Assembly (NCBI GenBank): GCA_965649765.1 | Contig: OZ287752.1 | Coordinates: 52,948,001 to 53,012,000, forward strand | Length of the DNA stretch: 64,000 bases | Reading direction: 5' to 3' | From: Bispira polyomma | Lineage: Eukaryota | In this document: one piece after another, positions 1 through 13,189 of the stretch | Numbering within the stretch: the first letter of the stretch is position 1 | Layout of the letters: each line of letters begins with the position of its first letter | Notes under the pieces: model-generated | Told to the model about the DNA's origin: nothing | What the model saw: the letters and a program-made list of their open reading frames with translations, nothing else | Database searches by the model: none | Program-made: the position numbers and the translations under genes

Positions 1-834
1 ATACGTGACTTTCATACAGCAATTTAAAATCTTAAGTTAATCTCCCTTGTTGGTTTTGAGTATTGTTTAGTTGTAACTGTTAATCTCTGAATCAATTTTT
101 TAAATGCATGTATGTTATTCCATTTAGTTTGAAAGTGGAACAGATTGACCTGGCTATGCGTGTCAATGCAGTTGGTTATGTCACCCCAGGTGATAATTTC
201 TATGGTAAAAGAAGTAATAACTAATGACCTGCAGTTGCCTTGTTTCACTGACTTGGGGGGCTGGGGGGAGGGGGGGGGGGCTGGTCGTTAACATAATGAA
301 ACACCAAATATATCACTAAGGGTGAAACCAGCTGCAATAGCAAAAATACCCTAGGCTCGCAAAATCCCTAGCTTTGCAAGCAGGGAAGGAAAAGTTGTAT
401 ATCTTAGTAAATTAAACACTAACAAGTGTTGTCTTTTTATAAAGACACTGGCGCACTGTGTGACTAATGCCTTTCAGTTTGGTCGGTTCAATTGCTTCCA
501 ACCAATCCATAAACGCCTTTTAATACTATTTCCAACATGGCGACTGCGCCTCATAATCACCTGATAATGTAAATCTAAAATGCCCTTGTTTGGTGGTGGC
601 CTTTTCAAAGTGAAAACAGCATCAAGCTGCACGTGATAAAAAGCCCATAGCATTGTTGAAAGGCACCATTAATAGTGCAAATGTAAAAAATAAACATGCA
701 AGAAATATATATATATTCAACATATTTTATGTACATTGGTTGCAGTGTTGTTACTCTAGGATTGTTGTTTTTAAGAAAATAGCTAGAATATTCTTAATTT
801 TAAAAAAAATATGCGAGTTTCTCCTCCATCAAGT

Positions 835-1300
835 TTCCATCCAGAGCTTAAGTTTAACTTTCAAAGTACCAGCATATTTTTAAATGACATATTTTTTCCT
901 AGATATTCGAAATTTGTTTAGTCTATTTTGTGGTTTAATGCTTCTTGAAGTTTTGCAAGGCTACTATAGTCTGAAAAAACATAAGTGAGTTTATCATCCC
1001 TCGAGTGTCCATCCATCGCCAAAGTCTAAATTTCAAATTCACAGCAAAATTTTTAATTTTATATTTTGACCTTGATATTCGAACTGCTTCTAGTCTATGG
1101 TGTGGTTTAATGACTGATGAAATTTTGAAAAGCTATCATATTCCTAATTATGAAAAATACTTTATCCAGTGTCAATCCAGAGACTGATGCCAAATTTCCA
1201 AGTGCTGGCAAATTTTCAAATTTCATATTTTTTCCTTGATATTCGAACTTCGTCCAGTCTATTGTGTGGTTAATACTTTGTTAAATTTCGAAAACCAAGA
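835..1300. repeat. Diverged tandem repeat, ~170-bp unit, ~3 copies
   Basis: Recurring block resembling tattttttccttgatattcgaa...agtctattgtgtggtttaatg at ~890, ~1060, ~1225. Confidence 0.65.
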
Positions 1301-1946
1301 CAATTTGGGTCTGGGGCATTAAAATAAGAATAAATCAAACAAAAAGCACTGTATTGAATTTACAAAGGCTATAAAGATTTTATATTCATCTAAAACGGCT
1401 ATAAATGTAAGAAGAATACTCTTAGTTCTTAACTTAGCATGGTATGTTACCAAGCAGACTATTAACAAAATAAACCTCCATGCCCGATACTTGTTTAGAG
1501 ATTAAAAAATGATGCAATATCTTTTCACGAGAGCCATTTATCAAGCACTTCAAAATAACAAAGTCACTCAAATAAATTTTACTATTAAACATACCACATA
1601 AAGTGTTATGGGTTGCCATACACAAAAATAAATGTTTGATGTCTGATAAAAAGTCTGATGTACTGTCTTCTTTGCTTGAAGGTAACTTACTTCAAAGATT
1701 ATCTTTTTGCTTAAAGTTTGATTATTTTTATTGCAGTGTATTTTTGCCTTCAGGTAAAGAGCAAAAAAAAAATTCGAATTTAATTGCACATTGACTTTAA
1801 CCAAGATTATTCACATACTTAACGTTTCTCTTGTATCACAACCTTTATTTTCATTGTTAACATTTGGAGTTGTAAAAGTTTGATTTTCTAGACTTACGTT
1901 CATCTTATTTGACCTCAGCCAACATTTTTTTTTTTATTTTGTCATT

Positions 1947-4900
1947 TTAAGGTTCGTCTTTTGCCTTGACAGTGTACACATCTTCTTTCACTGCATCTGG
2001 ATTATCATCTGATTTAACACAAGCAGTGAAGTTTGGCTGAAAATTGTCATCATCTTTTAATGTCTCACATATATCTGGTGGATGGTTTACCTGTTTTAGA
2101 TCTGGGTTATTCACAAGTTTCATATATCGGTCTTCCTCTGGCTTAAAATATAGATCATCTGCTTGTTTCACAAATTGGTGATCTGTTGGCTCCACACATG
2201 GGTTACCCTCTGCTTTTCCACATGCATTACTCTTTACCCCATCATGTATATCCGTCACAAATGATTTATTATTTTGAGGCATCAAATTTGGGTTATCCTC
2301 TGCAGATACATCACTATTAGTGTCGTTATGTGTATCCGTCACAGATGATTGATTATTTGGGGGCATCACATATGGGTTACCCCGGTCAGATACATCACTC
2401 TTTATCGAATTATGTATATCCTTCACATCCAATTGATTTTGGGGGGGCATCAAATCTGGTTCATCCTCTACAGAACCATCATTCTGTGTTCCATCATGCA
2501 TATCCTTCACACATGATTCATTATTTTGGAGCATCATATATGGATCACCTTCTGCTTTGAAATCTAGGATACCATTTGTTAAATCATGTGTATCTTCGCC
2601 TGCTGTCATATATGGATCATCTTCTTCCTCTGGAATATCTTGTACTTCCAAAGGAATGCTTTCTGTTTTCATGTATGTACTTTCCGTGGGTTTTATGTAT
2701 GAACATTTCACTTCTGTCATGCCTAACTGGTCATTTTCACTTTGTGGAGCTGTGTGGTTGTCCTGAAGCTTCACTGTACTATCCATGTTCGCTGATGCTT
2801 TTGTATGCATATACTCACTAGACACTGACTGAAGCTGTTGCTTTGTTTCTTCTTCTGTGTTGACGTTTATCATAACCTTTATTGGTTGTGCATTTGTTTC
2901 CTTTGAAATATCGTTAGCCTTTATGCTACTATACTCATCCTGTAATTGTTTTTCATCTTCTGCTAAGTATGCTTCTGCATGATACAGGGCATTATCCATG
3001 GACTGTAGAGTAAGGTAATCTTCTCCGATGTTTTTGGTGTTGTTTGTGTCTTCCACTTCATTGGCATATATATATTCGTTTGACACTGTTCCACTGATTC
3101 CTTGCTGTATATTTGTGTTGTTTGGCTTGTCCATAGTAAGGTCATCTAATTCATCATATGTTTCTTCCAGTTCAGTTATTGATTCATCCGCAGTGTGGTT
3201 CATTTTACGAAGGTATCTCCTGCAGACAACACACATTACTGTAACTATTGCTATACAGACCAATAGGCTCACTGCTACACCGATAGCTACAGGAACAACA
3301 AAGGGTGTATCCGAAGTAACAATGAATGGTGTATCAGATGTAGTGGTATCATGTATAGTCTCTGAAAGATATAGAAAATACACTAATTGCCATTTTTTTC
3401 CAATCTTGTGGATGTACCTCAAACCCAACTGAATCTGTGAATGTTTTGTGTGATATAAAAACCTATACTTTTAACCAAACACAAATTTTAAATTGGAATG
3501 TCTCATTGTTTGTTTAGATATTTATAAGTGAGTCATGTATTGTTATACTTGTGACCTAATTAAACAAATTATGTTTTCCCCAGTGCTTGTTAATGTTAAA
3601 ACTTTTAAATTGCACCATTGAATGTCCAGACATCTGATGTGGTGCACGTCCCAATTAAGATACAACAAGAACAGAAGAAAAAGATGCATGATTAGAATCC
3701 AGTCGCAACTAGCAGACATTTGTGGATATGTTTTTCTTCGGGTAACTCCTTTATTTCCCACATTCAACAAAGTACTTGAGGAACGGCATTAATCCTGTAA
3801 GCCCCAACAAAGTATTGTGTGATCTATGGCCTACATCACTAGTTTTATAATGTATTAAGATATTACCACCAACAATTATTAGGCTGATAAAACTTTCACT
3901 GAAAAATAGTGTAGTTTCAGATACTATCAAACTCGTGGTTGTCATCTTTCCCAAGGGAGTACCAAAAACCATTGGCCTGTGTTTTCAAAATTTGTGGAAG
4001 GAGTAGTGGTAGAACAGATGATGGCACACTTCAAAAGAAGTATGTTTACCCTTATATACTGATGATAAATAGCATTATTACAATAACATACTTTTTATCG
4101 CTTTTGACAACCTCCAATGTTGCTCAAAAACATCCAGAACTGCACAGAAACTCAAATTAAACCTGGATAAAACAGACTTTATCCTAGTTGGGAAAAAGTC
4201 ACAGCATGAAACAACAACCAGTACACAAAATATTCTGGCAAATTAGCTCTTCCCTGCAGATGTAAGATGAACCCACGTGATTACAAACCAAACACCACTA
4301 TTATGTCTTCCAATCGCCATAACATAATTTGTAAAAAACTGAATATTGGCATGCATATGCAATTATTTTCCTAACCGATAAACATCTACATCCACAAGAG
4401 ATATAATAATTGCAATTTTAACTAAACTCATTAAATGTATATCACTTACCATTGAGACAGTTTATTCCAGTAAATCCTTCACCGCATTGTGTTCTACATT
4501 CAGGTGGCTGGGTATTGTTGCACTGAGTACACCAGTTGATCTCTGCATCCCCTTCTGTGTTCAAACATTGGGCAAGGTTTATGTTTGCGTGTTTATAGCC
4601 TATCACAACCACTTCATACAAGGTTACAGGGATATTAATATTTTCAGTCTCAAGAGTCTTTACTTTTAGCTGATGTCCAATACTTGGGGGTGAACACAGA
4701 AGATGCATTCTTTTCTTTTCTCCTAAATTGCTACTGTTTTGTAGTTTATTCTGCTCTGAGGGCTGAGATAACAAACACGAACTGGATGTTGTATTTTTCA
4801 TCTCCAGCCAGATAGCTACATAGTTATTGAGTTCTATAACTGTGAGTTCACTTGTCATAAACAGATCAATAAACTCCACTGTATGGTCTCCTTCTAAATC

Positions 4901-5323
4901 CACGGTGATAATATGACTAAATGGACTAATAAAGGCAGACACCATAAAGGTGAATGTCCCATCGGTAGCCCCACCATTAGCTAGAGGAAAGTCAAACAAG
5001 CCTTCGATACTGTAGAGTTTACCTTGAGCTATGTTGCCTTTCTGACATGCCTCCCCGCTCCAATACCTGGCTTCGTACAAACTGGATGTAAAATCATCGT
5101 ATTCACAGGCTTTTTCTTGTCTAAGACAGAGTCCAGTTAGGCGATTACATGTCTCACAGTTTGGATCTCTTGTGTTACACTCGACAAATTGGCATCTACA
5201 CCCATAGAAACAATTGACGTCTGAACCAAATATGCACACCTCATTCTCCCCTGTTGTTGTCATGGAGAAGAATAATATAGAATAAAACAGCAATTTTACA
5301 CTAATGATTACAAGTCTCAACAT
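1947..5323 (-). CDS. Host single-pass type I membrane receptor (Cys-rich EGF-like plus fucolectin/F5-8-like ectodomain, TM, long Tyr-rich acidic tail); join(5323..4450,3361..1947), ~762 aa
   Basis: Hydrophobic N-terminus; Cys pattern CIFG..NC..CRC..C..C..TGLC..C..WSG..CQ.GNIAQGK; GT donor at 4449 (AAT G|gtaag) and AG acceptor at 3363-3362 (tttcag|AG) are both phase 1 and join in frame (CLN-E-TIHD); TM VAIGVAVSLLVCIAIVTVMCVVCRR; acceptor ttcag 2 nt upstream of the ATG implies a non-coding upstream exon. Confidence 0.8.
2214..2549 (-). repeat. Four imperfect 84-bp (28-aa) tandem repeats in the cytoplasmic tail
   Basis: GDPYMMLQNNESCVKDMHDGTQNDGSVE / DEPDLMPPQNQLDVKDIHNSIKSDVSDR / GNPYVMPPNNQSSVTDTHNDTNSDVSAE / DNPNLMPQNNKSFVTDIHDGVKSNACGK. 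Confidence 0.8.
4145..4265 (+). mobile_element. Small L2/CR1 RT fragment in the host intron
   Basis: Translates KLKLNLDKTDFILVGKKSQ, the typical L.LN..KT RT C-terminal motif. Confidence 0.45.
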
Positions 5324-6622
5324 ATCTGAAATATATCCTATACAGTTATATGTTTCTGATTATATACTGAATATTCCACTATGTCACTCCACATCAACTA
5401 ATATTATGGTTTTAAACTTCCTTGTGGATTGTCTTCCCGGTCTTATGTGCTAACCACAACTCCATAAAATACTATACATTTCTAGACACCAGGTAAATAT
5501 TTATGCAAAGTTATGTAAATACCTGTGTATAAAGAACTTCCTTTTGGGTTTTACTGTCATTTTTGGCACATGTCCAACCAGGAATAGCATAACTTGTGGA
5601 GAGATGTTGCGATATACATTAGAAACGCTCAGTGTACTTCTCAAATGTTTAAGCAATAGGAATCTATTGTTACAGGTTACAAAATATATTGATATGTCAC
5701 ATGTATACAGACATGTGTAAATAAAGAAGTGTATTGTGATGTCAAATTCTAGAGTACTAATTTTAACAAAATACAACACGAATGTACAAAAATCTGTCTT
5801 AAATATTTATTTTTAATTTGTATTCGAATAATTTAAACACAAAGTACTTAGCTTACATATATACATCAATATGAAATTTAAAAATGTTAAAGCCATGCAA
5901 ATACTTGAAAATAAAGATCGCATTTTTACAACCCAAAAATAGCTACTAATTAATTATTTGGGAAATAAATAAATGTGATTTTAGATAATAACATGGAAGG
6001 GCGCATAATATAAATTTATATTACTTAACAAAGTTTGTCTCTGAGTTTTTGATAATTTCATTTAGTGGAAACTATGGTAACAGTTTTTTTTCCATGAAAT
6101 TTACAAACTGTTTATTATCTCACAGAATAGATTTTCATAGCATCCAAATTATATTTATGATGTTCTGTTTAAAACCTAAATGTAGTTTGCATATGTGTGT
6201 ATGTGGTCATAGAAAATTGGAATTTCCTACGATCATAACGTCCACAACCAAGCTATCTCCTGAATTACGTGATTCACAGCTGAAAAGTGTGAAGTTGTTG
6301 TCTTTTTGAAGTACCGGTCGTTATATCCCTGTTAGACATATTTGTATTTTTATTTGTTTCATTATGTAGCCGGCATATGTTATTATATAATATAAATATC
6401 CTTCAAGACATTTTTACTTATAACACTGAGGATATCTCAGGGGAACCATTTGCGTTAAGTATGCATTTTTAACGTTTTAAAATACTGTGACTTTTACCTA
6501 CGTGTGTGGTTATAGCTCTCACACGGTAATTTAAAACGTTGTGCGAAAAGTCTCTAGTAACTAAAGAGTTCTCTGACATCATAGGGAGTGGTGAAACAAT
6601 ACATTATGAGTGTCATATATCT

Positions 6623-6736
6623 GGGCCCTGTAAATCAAAACCTTCGTTGAAATGCCAACGAACGAACGTGTAACGACAAAACTACCAGACAGTAACAAAA
6701 TTATTAGTGCAATGAGGGCTTCGATTTACAGGCCCC
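6623..6736. mobile_element. Short MITE with ~20-bp TIRs; a related TIR also occurs at ~9627-9647
   Basis: gggccctgtaaatcaaaacc ... ggcttcgatttacaggcccc. Confidence 0.55.
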
Positions 6737-6825
6737 AAGACCTTTGAAATGCACGTGAAACACAATGTACTGATACACATCTCCCAACAAATCCTATGAC
6801 AGATATAATGTCAAATTTGTAGGAG

Positions 6826-7160
6826 TGCTATAACTACAGGAAAGGCAGGGGCAGGAGGGTGGTGGAGAATGCCTTTGGATCCTCAGCAACAGATAGAGGG
6901 TACTCCTGACCACCATCCAGCAGGAATCTAATGTGGCTGCAACCGTGACCATGACCTGTTTTGTGCTGCACAATATACTCAGGACACAATATGGGACCAT
7001 ACCAGTGGATGAATACTTGGGGGAACCTAATGTGCTACAGAGGGATGACCGGGCCCTGGCCAGGCCGAATCCAAACAGAGAGGCCAAAGACCAGAGAGAG
7101 CTGCTAAACCAGTACTTTAACAATGAGGGAGCAGTGCCTTGGCCACAGGACAGAGTCTAA
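6826..7160 (+). pseudogene. Harbinger DDE nuclease (HARBI1-like) C-terminal remnant
   Basis: YNYR..RGRRVVENAFG.LSNR.RVL...TCFVLHN...YFNNEGAVPW. Confidence 0.85.
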
Positions 7161-7197
7161 ATTTCGACTTCCTCACTTGTACTGAGTGCAAATAATC

Positions 7198-7213
7198 GTC
7201 CCTTTTCAGGGTC
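7198..7213 (+). promoter_or_regulatory. Histone-type 3' stem-loop (degenerate) ~38 nt after the nuclease stop
   Basis: aatc GTCCCT TTTC AGGGTC accct..tccaagaaca. Confidence 0.7.
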
Positions 7214-7471
7214 ACCCTACTTTCCAAGAACAATTGTTAAAGCTATGTTTACTAAATATAATTTGAAATAAACCCCTCACTGCCAAGCCCTTTAACAATT
7301 ATTTACAACTTGTGGGGGGGGGGGGGGGGGGGTGTTAGGGTTCAGCTGTTTTGTAAAATTTGTGTGTTTGAGTGAGGTAAGTATCTTTGCTGGGCCAGTA
7401 AGTATTTTGTTCTGATGGGTTTTTTGATATTTGTAACAACAACTCAAATATTTGTTCTTGAAATATTTGGT

Positions 7472-7487
7472 GGCCCTGCAAAAGGCC
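7472..7487 (-). promoter_or_regulatory. Histone-type 3' stem-loop after the MADF gene
   Basis: minus strand: atc GGCCTT TTGC AGGGCC accaaatatttcaagaaca. Confidence 0.7.
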
Positions 7488-7494
7488 GATACAT

Positions 7495-8910
7495 TTAAAG
7501 TCCTTCTCAGGACATTGGAGGAAAAGGTGGAGGAGGGCTGGAGAACTGGTGGAGGTAGTTTTACTGACGGTGTGTTGGATGTGGCAGTTGCTTTAGCTGT
7601 CGTGGTCGTTTGAAAGTCATCACCCTCCTCTGTTATTGGCAAGGAGTATTTAGGTTGGGGTAGTCTCCTGCTGTGATCCCCGAGAGGTAGAGACAAGGAG
7701 GACTGGTTGTGGAAGTCTGAGCCCACTGACGGGATGTCAGAGAAGTGGAAAGAGCTGGGCGCACTCTTCTGTGGTGAAGGTAGGTGTATCAATGTGCCGG
7801 TTGGTGTTTGTCCACTTGAGACATCTCGCTGGGCTGCTGCCTCTGGAATGACTGCACTTTTGTTGGTGTCCATGTCAATTGCGGATACTGCTGTGGTGGT
7901 GGTGCTGGTCCCTGGTGATGCTGCTGCTGCTGTTCTTGCTGCTGGGCGGTACGCATCTGGTGATACACGGGCCTGTACGGTTGTTGATCTGCTGCTGGGA
8001 CGTTAAATTGGACAACAGGTGGCACGTCTTCGTTTGAAACTCCATAAACAGATTGTCTGGTAATATGTCAGCCTGGGCCTTGTTGAAGTATACCACCCTC
8101 GGCCCTGATGCTGATGGCTTTGGGTAGACTGAGACTTCTTTGATTAAGCCTCCTATCATGCCCTCCATTCTTTCAGGGTACACCTGAAAGAGACTTGGTT
8201 GTCTGATGTGCTTGCGGTAGAGGTATGCATTCTCTTGGCCCCGAAGTCGTCGATAAAGCAACCTCGGAACCAACCAGGGAGACATCTACATCGGACACAT
8301 CACTTATGCGGTGAGGTGATGGTGAGGATGTCCTGGGGCCCCCGGACTTCTTCATGCACTGTCGGATGATGTGCGGCTTTATGAAGGTGAAATGTTTATT
8401 CACCCAAGACTGTCTCTTGGTCAACTCGATTGGGGCCTGGCCAGACTTAGAAATACTCAGTTTCCCAAACATTGTCCTTTGTGATTGAAACCAACATTTC
8501 CGGATCTCTGCCCATCTTAGCCACAATTTCTGCCAGCAAGCTTCCTGCTTGACAATGTCCTGTTAATTCTTATTTCTCTAGATGAAAAGCAAGTCATGTT
8601 CTCTGAGCCAGTCCACTAGGGCTTTCTCCTCCAGTACCCTCAGCACATCAATTTTTGTTTTTCCCCTCCTGTATTTTCTGGTGTGTGTCACCCTGCCGGC
8701 GGACTTGTACAGGTCGGATTCGGTTGTTATTGCTTCGCCTTCTCCTTCCTATGGCCTCACTATTTCTTCTTCAAAAATCCTCTCGTATGGTGGTGGTGTT
8801 TCCTGTCGAACCTCCTCCTCCTCCTCCTCCTACTGATGAAACCTGGACTCTTTCTCATTCACAGTTGGAGCCATCCTCCTCTTCTTGCCTTTGCTTCCCT
8901 TGGGTGGCAT
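7495..8910 (-). pseudogene. Harbinger MADF/Myb-SANT DNA-binding gene, apparently intronless, with stops and frameshifts
   Basis: ATG 8910 MPPKGSKGKKRR..EEKALVDWLREHDLLF..WFQSQRTMFGKL..KSGQAP..RQSWVNKHFTFIKPHI; Gln-rich C-terminus; TATAAATA at 9103-9096. Confidence 0.75.
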
Positions 8911-11568
8911 TTTAAAACTATCAATAATAATATTTTTCTACAAAATATTTTCTAAAATCTCAAAAAAAAAAAGTCCTAAAAGCTATCTATAAATCTGTGT
9001 AATATCTATTTATTATCTGTGAGAAAAATGCCAGTACTCATGTACACTCATAAAAATGTGAAAATCAAATAAGGAAAAAGTGAGGAGCTTACCCCTATTT
9101 ATACCAATCGGCATAACCACCCTGATTGTTAGGATCAATCGGGGCCCACCCCGGCTAATCGTTATTGGCCACGGCTAATCTTTACAATCCAGATGTCACC
9201 CAGAGTAATCCTAACAATCAGGGAAGCCACCTTGGTTAATCTTTACAATCGCGGTGGCCAATCAGAGTGTCAGGAGGAGCCCTCCCCTCATAGTCAAGGT
9301 CAATGAGGGAGAAATTGACTGCGATTACTCAGGGTGACATGAAGATTAACCGGGGTGGTATTAGGAGTACTCCGGTTAACTCCCAATTTACCGGGTGTAG
9401 AGGGGGGTAAAATCTCCAATCGCGAAACTTTCTGGACATGTCTACGAGTACGTTATTTGGTCCCTGGATTACATGTATTGTGTCCAGATCAATCTTGGAT
9501 CATCAGGATTAACTAAGATGGTTCAGGATTACGTCCAAAGTAGCCTTGAATCAAGTTGCTCCCGATCGATGTTCACAGTGGAACAGGACCATAATCAAGA
9601 TTTAACGAAATCGTTAGCGTAACAAAGGCTTTGATTTACAGCCCCTGCTCAGTGAGCTGATCATTTAGGGAATGCAATACGTTATAAATCACTAGAATGT
9701 CATATTGTGAGTAGTTTTAATGACTTTGTAAAGCGGTTTATTTTAATGATGGGGATTTATTCAGACGTTACCATATTGCAGTAAATATAAACTATTAAAA
9801 TGTACCGTATGTCGATATTTGGTTGTGTTTCATGGGATCTCTCTGCATCAGAAGTAAATAAATTTGATAAACTTAGAGCAACATATGAAACAATTATTAA
9901 ATCATGGTGCTTATTTACATATAATTGTTGATGATATTTCTCTAGATAATTAGGAAATTTATAAAATTTTAACAGTATTATTTTTGCCAGTAATCTATTA
10001 TCGAGCTTTTGTGGTATTTTAGTTGTTAATAGAAGTAATTTTGTCATCTTCAAAAATTTAAATTTTGATATTACATATCCTCAGTACACCAGATTTAAAC
10101 AATTAGTTGATATGGAAACACAGTGACAAAGATATGTCGACAAAGATTGAGGACAATTAGTATATTTACAACATTAGTAAACCTCTAAAGTACATTGTTT
10201 ACATATCATGGTTACTAAGGTGTCCCTACATTAATAGCGAGTTAAGTTTGTAGATAAAATGAGTCACAAAGATTTTACCTCAGCTTGGGATTGAGTTCAT
10301 GGTAGCGAAAATAAAATTACTATGATTACCTTATCTTAAAAATAAGTTTAAGGTTGCAGTATTTAAACAAAAGTCACTGAGGCTTAAGAAAGGTTGAAAT
10401 TGACAGTTTACACCAACTTCAATCTTTCTAATTAGAATTTTACATCATAAGAAATAAGTAAACATTTTACCGAATTCTCCAGCATTCCTGAGAGATTGTA
10501 CATGTAAGAATGTGAATTATATACTTGAGTTACTATCGGTGCCTGATCTACCAATGATATAAAATTTCATAAATGATTACACTATTGGATAAATTGGAGT
10601 TTTAACTGTAAATTATTGGATGTATAATAAACACAAAGACAGTAGGTTAGGATTTGAGTAGTAAGTATTGAAATGAGAAGGCCACTGACCCAGACTGTTG
10701 CTCTTGAACCAAGTAAGCCCACACAGTATCTGTCCAAGTTTCATGATCTTCAAGGTTTTGTAATGAAACGTTAGAATTATAAGTAAAGGGAGCGCCCGGG
10801 CGTTTGAAAGAGTGAAAGGTAACCTCTCTGTGACAGAGGCCAGCTTTTGCTAGTATTAAACACAGGTTTCAACGTACCTTTGAATCAGTAAGTGAAACAC
10901 CATGTGGCTTAAAAACAGTCACTTTTAGCCAGGTGGTAAACTGGATCAAAAGAACTAATTTTAAGACCCACCAAGTCAGATATACTTATAAACGAAAATA
11001 GGCAGTTATATACACTGCCTTAAAAATCTGTATTACATACGTTTACCATTCTTGTTGGAGCTTCCACGTCGAATGCAGATTGTAATTTTGTTTTAAAGAT
11101 ATATTAATTATAATTGGAGTTTTGACACAATCTCAGCCTGCGATCACCAAACAACTACATGGATAAGCCGTCAACTACAAATTGAGCCTTAATAATAGCC
11201 AGATCATTTGCCAGAGCAGACGTGGAAGCTCTGTTTTAAACTAAAAATTCAAGGTAAAAGATCATTTTGGCAAACTGCTACCTGAGAGGTTGGGCAACAG
11301 AGGAAGACTAGATATGCCAGAAAGTCCTAGAACATAGATTGGTAGTATTAGGGCGAAAGGATGCCTGTAATGCTCCAGAAGCAGCAGAAGTCAAACTCTC
11401 TATTAGGTACACCCAAAATAGAGAATACAAGAAATCAGCCACAAACAAATATTGGATATTAAGAGGTTTCCAGTATGGGTTGACAATTTCGTGACGTGAC
11501 ATATTATTATTAGCAATTGAAATAATCCACATGTACAACAAGTCAGCAATGCCATTGTCAGCGCCCAT

Positions 11569-12800
11569 CAGTCCACACAGGAGGTAAGATTTAAGGTCAG
11601 TGCCAAAAATTATTTGTAAAAGTCAGTGGTAAGATTCCTGTTGGAGCTTTTATTTCATATGCGTGTTAGTATTATATATACAGGTTAACAATTTGTAAAA
11701 TAATGTTTAAAATTTCCATTATAATTTAAACCCCACAAGGGAACTAAACCAACGGGAATAACCTGAGAGTAACATAGGACTATCCATAAACTTAATTAAT
11801 TAACAATATAAGGGATTAGTCCGTAAAATAGCATAATAATAGTAAGTTGCAACTCTTAGAGCAATAATATTAGTTACAAAATGAAATGGTACGTATAACC
11901 CTTGATAATTTTATACCTCAATAAGTAGCCATACACACACTAAAATTACAACATAAAATGCTTATGTGGAATAGTTCTACCATAAATCTCTCTACTATTA
12001 CAACACAAAGTACATAAAATGTATTCATAAATCACCCATATACAGTGTTTCTATTCGCTCTAATGACATTACTGCTCTATAATATGCACTATTCTAGTGA
12101 ATTTCCATTATGTGTTACATGTTCCTGAATAACTTTCAGTATCATTGACATTGCTAATATCATCCCTTTTAAATGAGTTCACATTATTTTAATTTTTAAA
12201 TAACTTAATATTTTCCTTCAAAAACTCTCAATGTCCCTGATTAATCTTCAGTAACATTATTATTGTTAATAACATTCCTCTTGAATGGGTTTACACTGTT
12301 AAAAACTACACTAACATAGGCGGTTTCCTTCAGTAACTATATTCACAATGTTCTAAACGTCAGAGCGTCAGGCTAAGATTTGAGAACCTGTGGCCTGTGG
12401 CACCAACCGCCTAGCAAAGGGGCGGTCCTGTCGGTCTAGCCTCTACCCTGGCGATGCATTGTATGACCCATGAGTGGGATAAGAAACAGGACCACGCCTT
12501 CACACGGCTCCAGGTTTGAATCCACCCTCTGCTCTGTCGCCGAGTTTCCTTTGGAAACAACTGGACAATATGTTATTTCAATGATATACTAAGCATTGGA
12601 GTGTCGAACAAATTAACAACCTGAAGTCTATCGCACCAACGACCTGGCAAAGAGCCGAGTCTGCCAGTCATAACACTACTCTGGAGATGCATAAAATGAC
12701 CCAGGAGTGAAATAAGGAACAGAATAGCCCCATCCACACAACACAGGTTCGAACCTGCCGTCTACTCTCTTACCCAGTATTCTTAGGGAACAATCAGTGA
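11569..12800 (-). mobile_element. Ngaro-type element 3' remnant (B2 plus spacer) carrying two copies of the structured motif
   Basis: Starts with cagtccac like Ngaro-5 at 44970; 11625-11750 is clearly homologous to 45060-45185; motif copies at 12384-12517 and 12618-12750. Confidence 0.65.
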
Positions 12801-12834
12801 TATTCAATCAGTTCAATCATAATCATAAGTAAAA

Positions 12835-13185
12835 TCTGTCTAAATGCCTTATAGCTCAAATTACTGATCATCAGTATAGTATTATAGCTGTGGTTAGGGG
12901 AGGTGGTTGGTTTCAAATTTTTTCACGTGTTTCTTGCTCCCTGTTTGTTTCATACGCAAATATTATTTAAAATATAGGATTCAACAAGAAAGCTTGTATC
13001 ATGTATCTGTCTAAATGTCTACAGCTTAAATTACTCATCATCAGTCTAGTAATATAGCTGTGGTTAGGTGAAGTGGTTGGTTTCAAATTTTTTCACTTGT
13101 TTACTGATTAAAATTTCGTTTCCTGTTTGTTACATACACAAGTATAATTTAAAATATAAGATTTTACAAGAAAGCTTGTATCCGT
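12835..13185. repeat. Tandem duplication, ~172-bp unit
   Basis: tctgtctaaatg..tagctgtggttagg..gtggttggtttcaaattttttcac..caagaaagcttgtatc occurs twice. Confidence 0.8.
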
Positions 13186-13189
13186 CTAT

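Larger units (their letters stand above)
6826..9590. mobile_element. PIF/Harbinger transposon copy 1 (nuclease end truncated)
   Basis: Nuclease C-terminus (+) convergent with MADF gene (-); subterminal ggctaatc/gattaac repeats at 9110-9540; candidate terminus ggtcctgttccactg (minus) at 9590. Confidence 0.8.

Noticed and set aside
24-1804. Short ORFs of 60-80 aa here, and antisense ORFs overlapping TE genes elsewhere
   Set aside because: No recognisable motifs; expected by chance or as shadows of real frames
7190-7500. Histone genes suggested by the stem-loops and an MPPK N-terminus at 8910
   Set aside because: No histone-fold sequence was seen in any ORF; the upstream ORFs are Harbinger nuclease and MADF
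11058-11231. Possible MITE with 13-bp inverted ends gagcttccacgtc
   Set aside because: Single copy, no convincing TSD; not enough support
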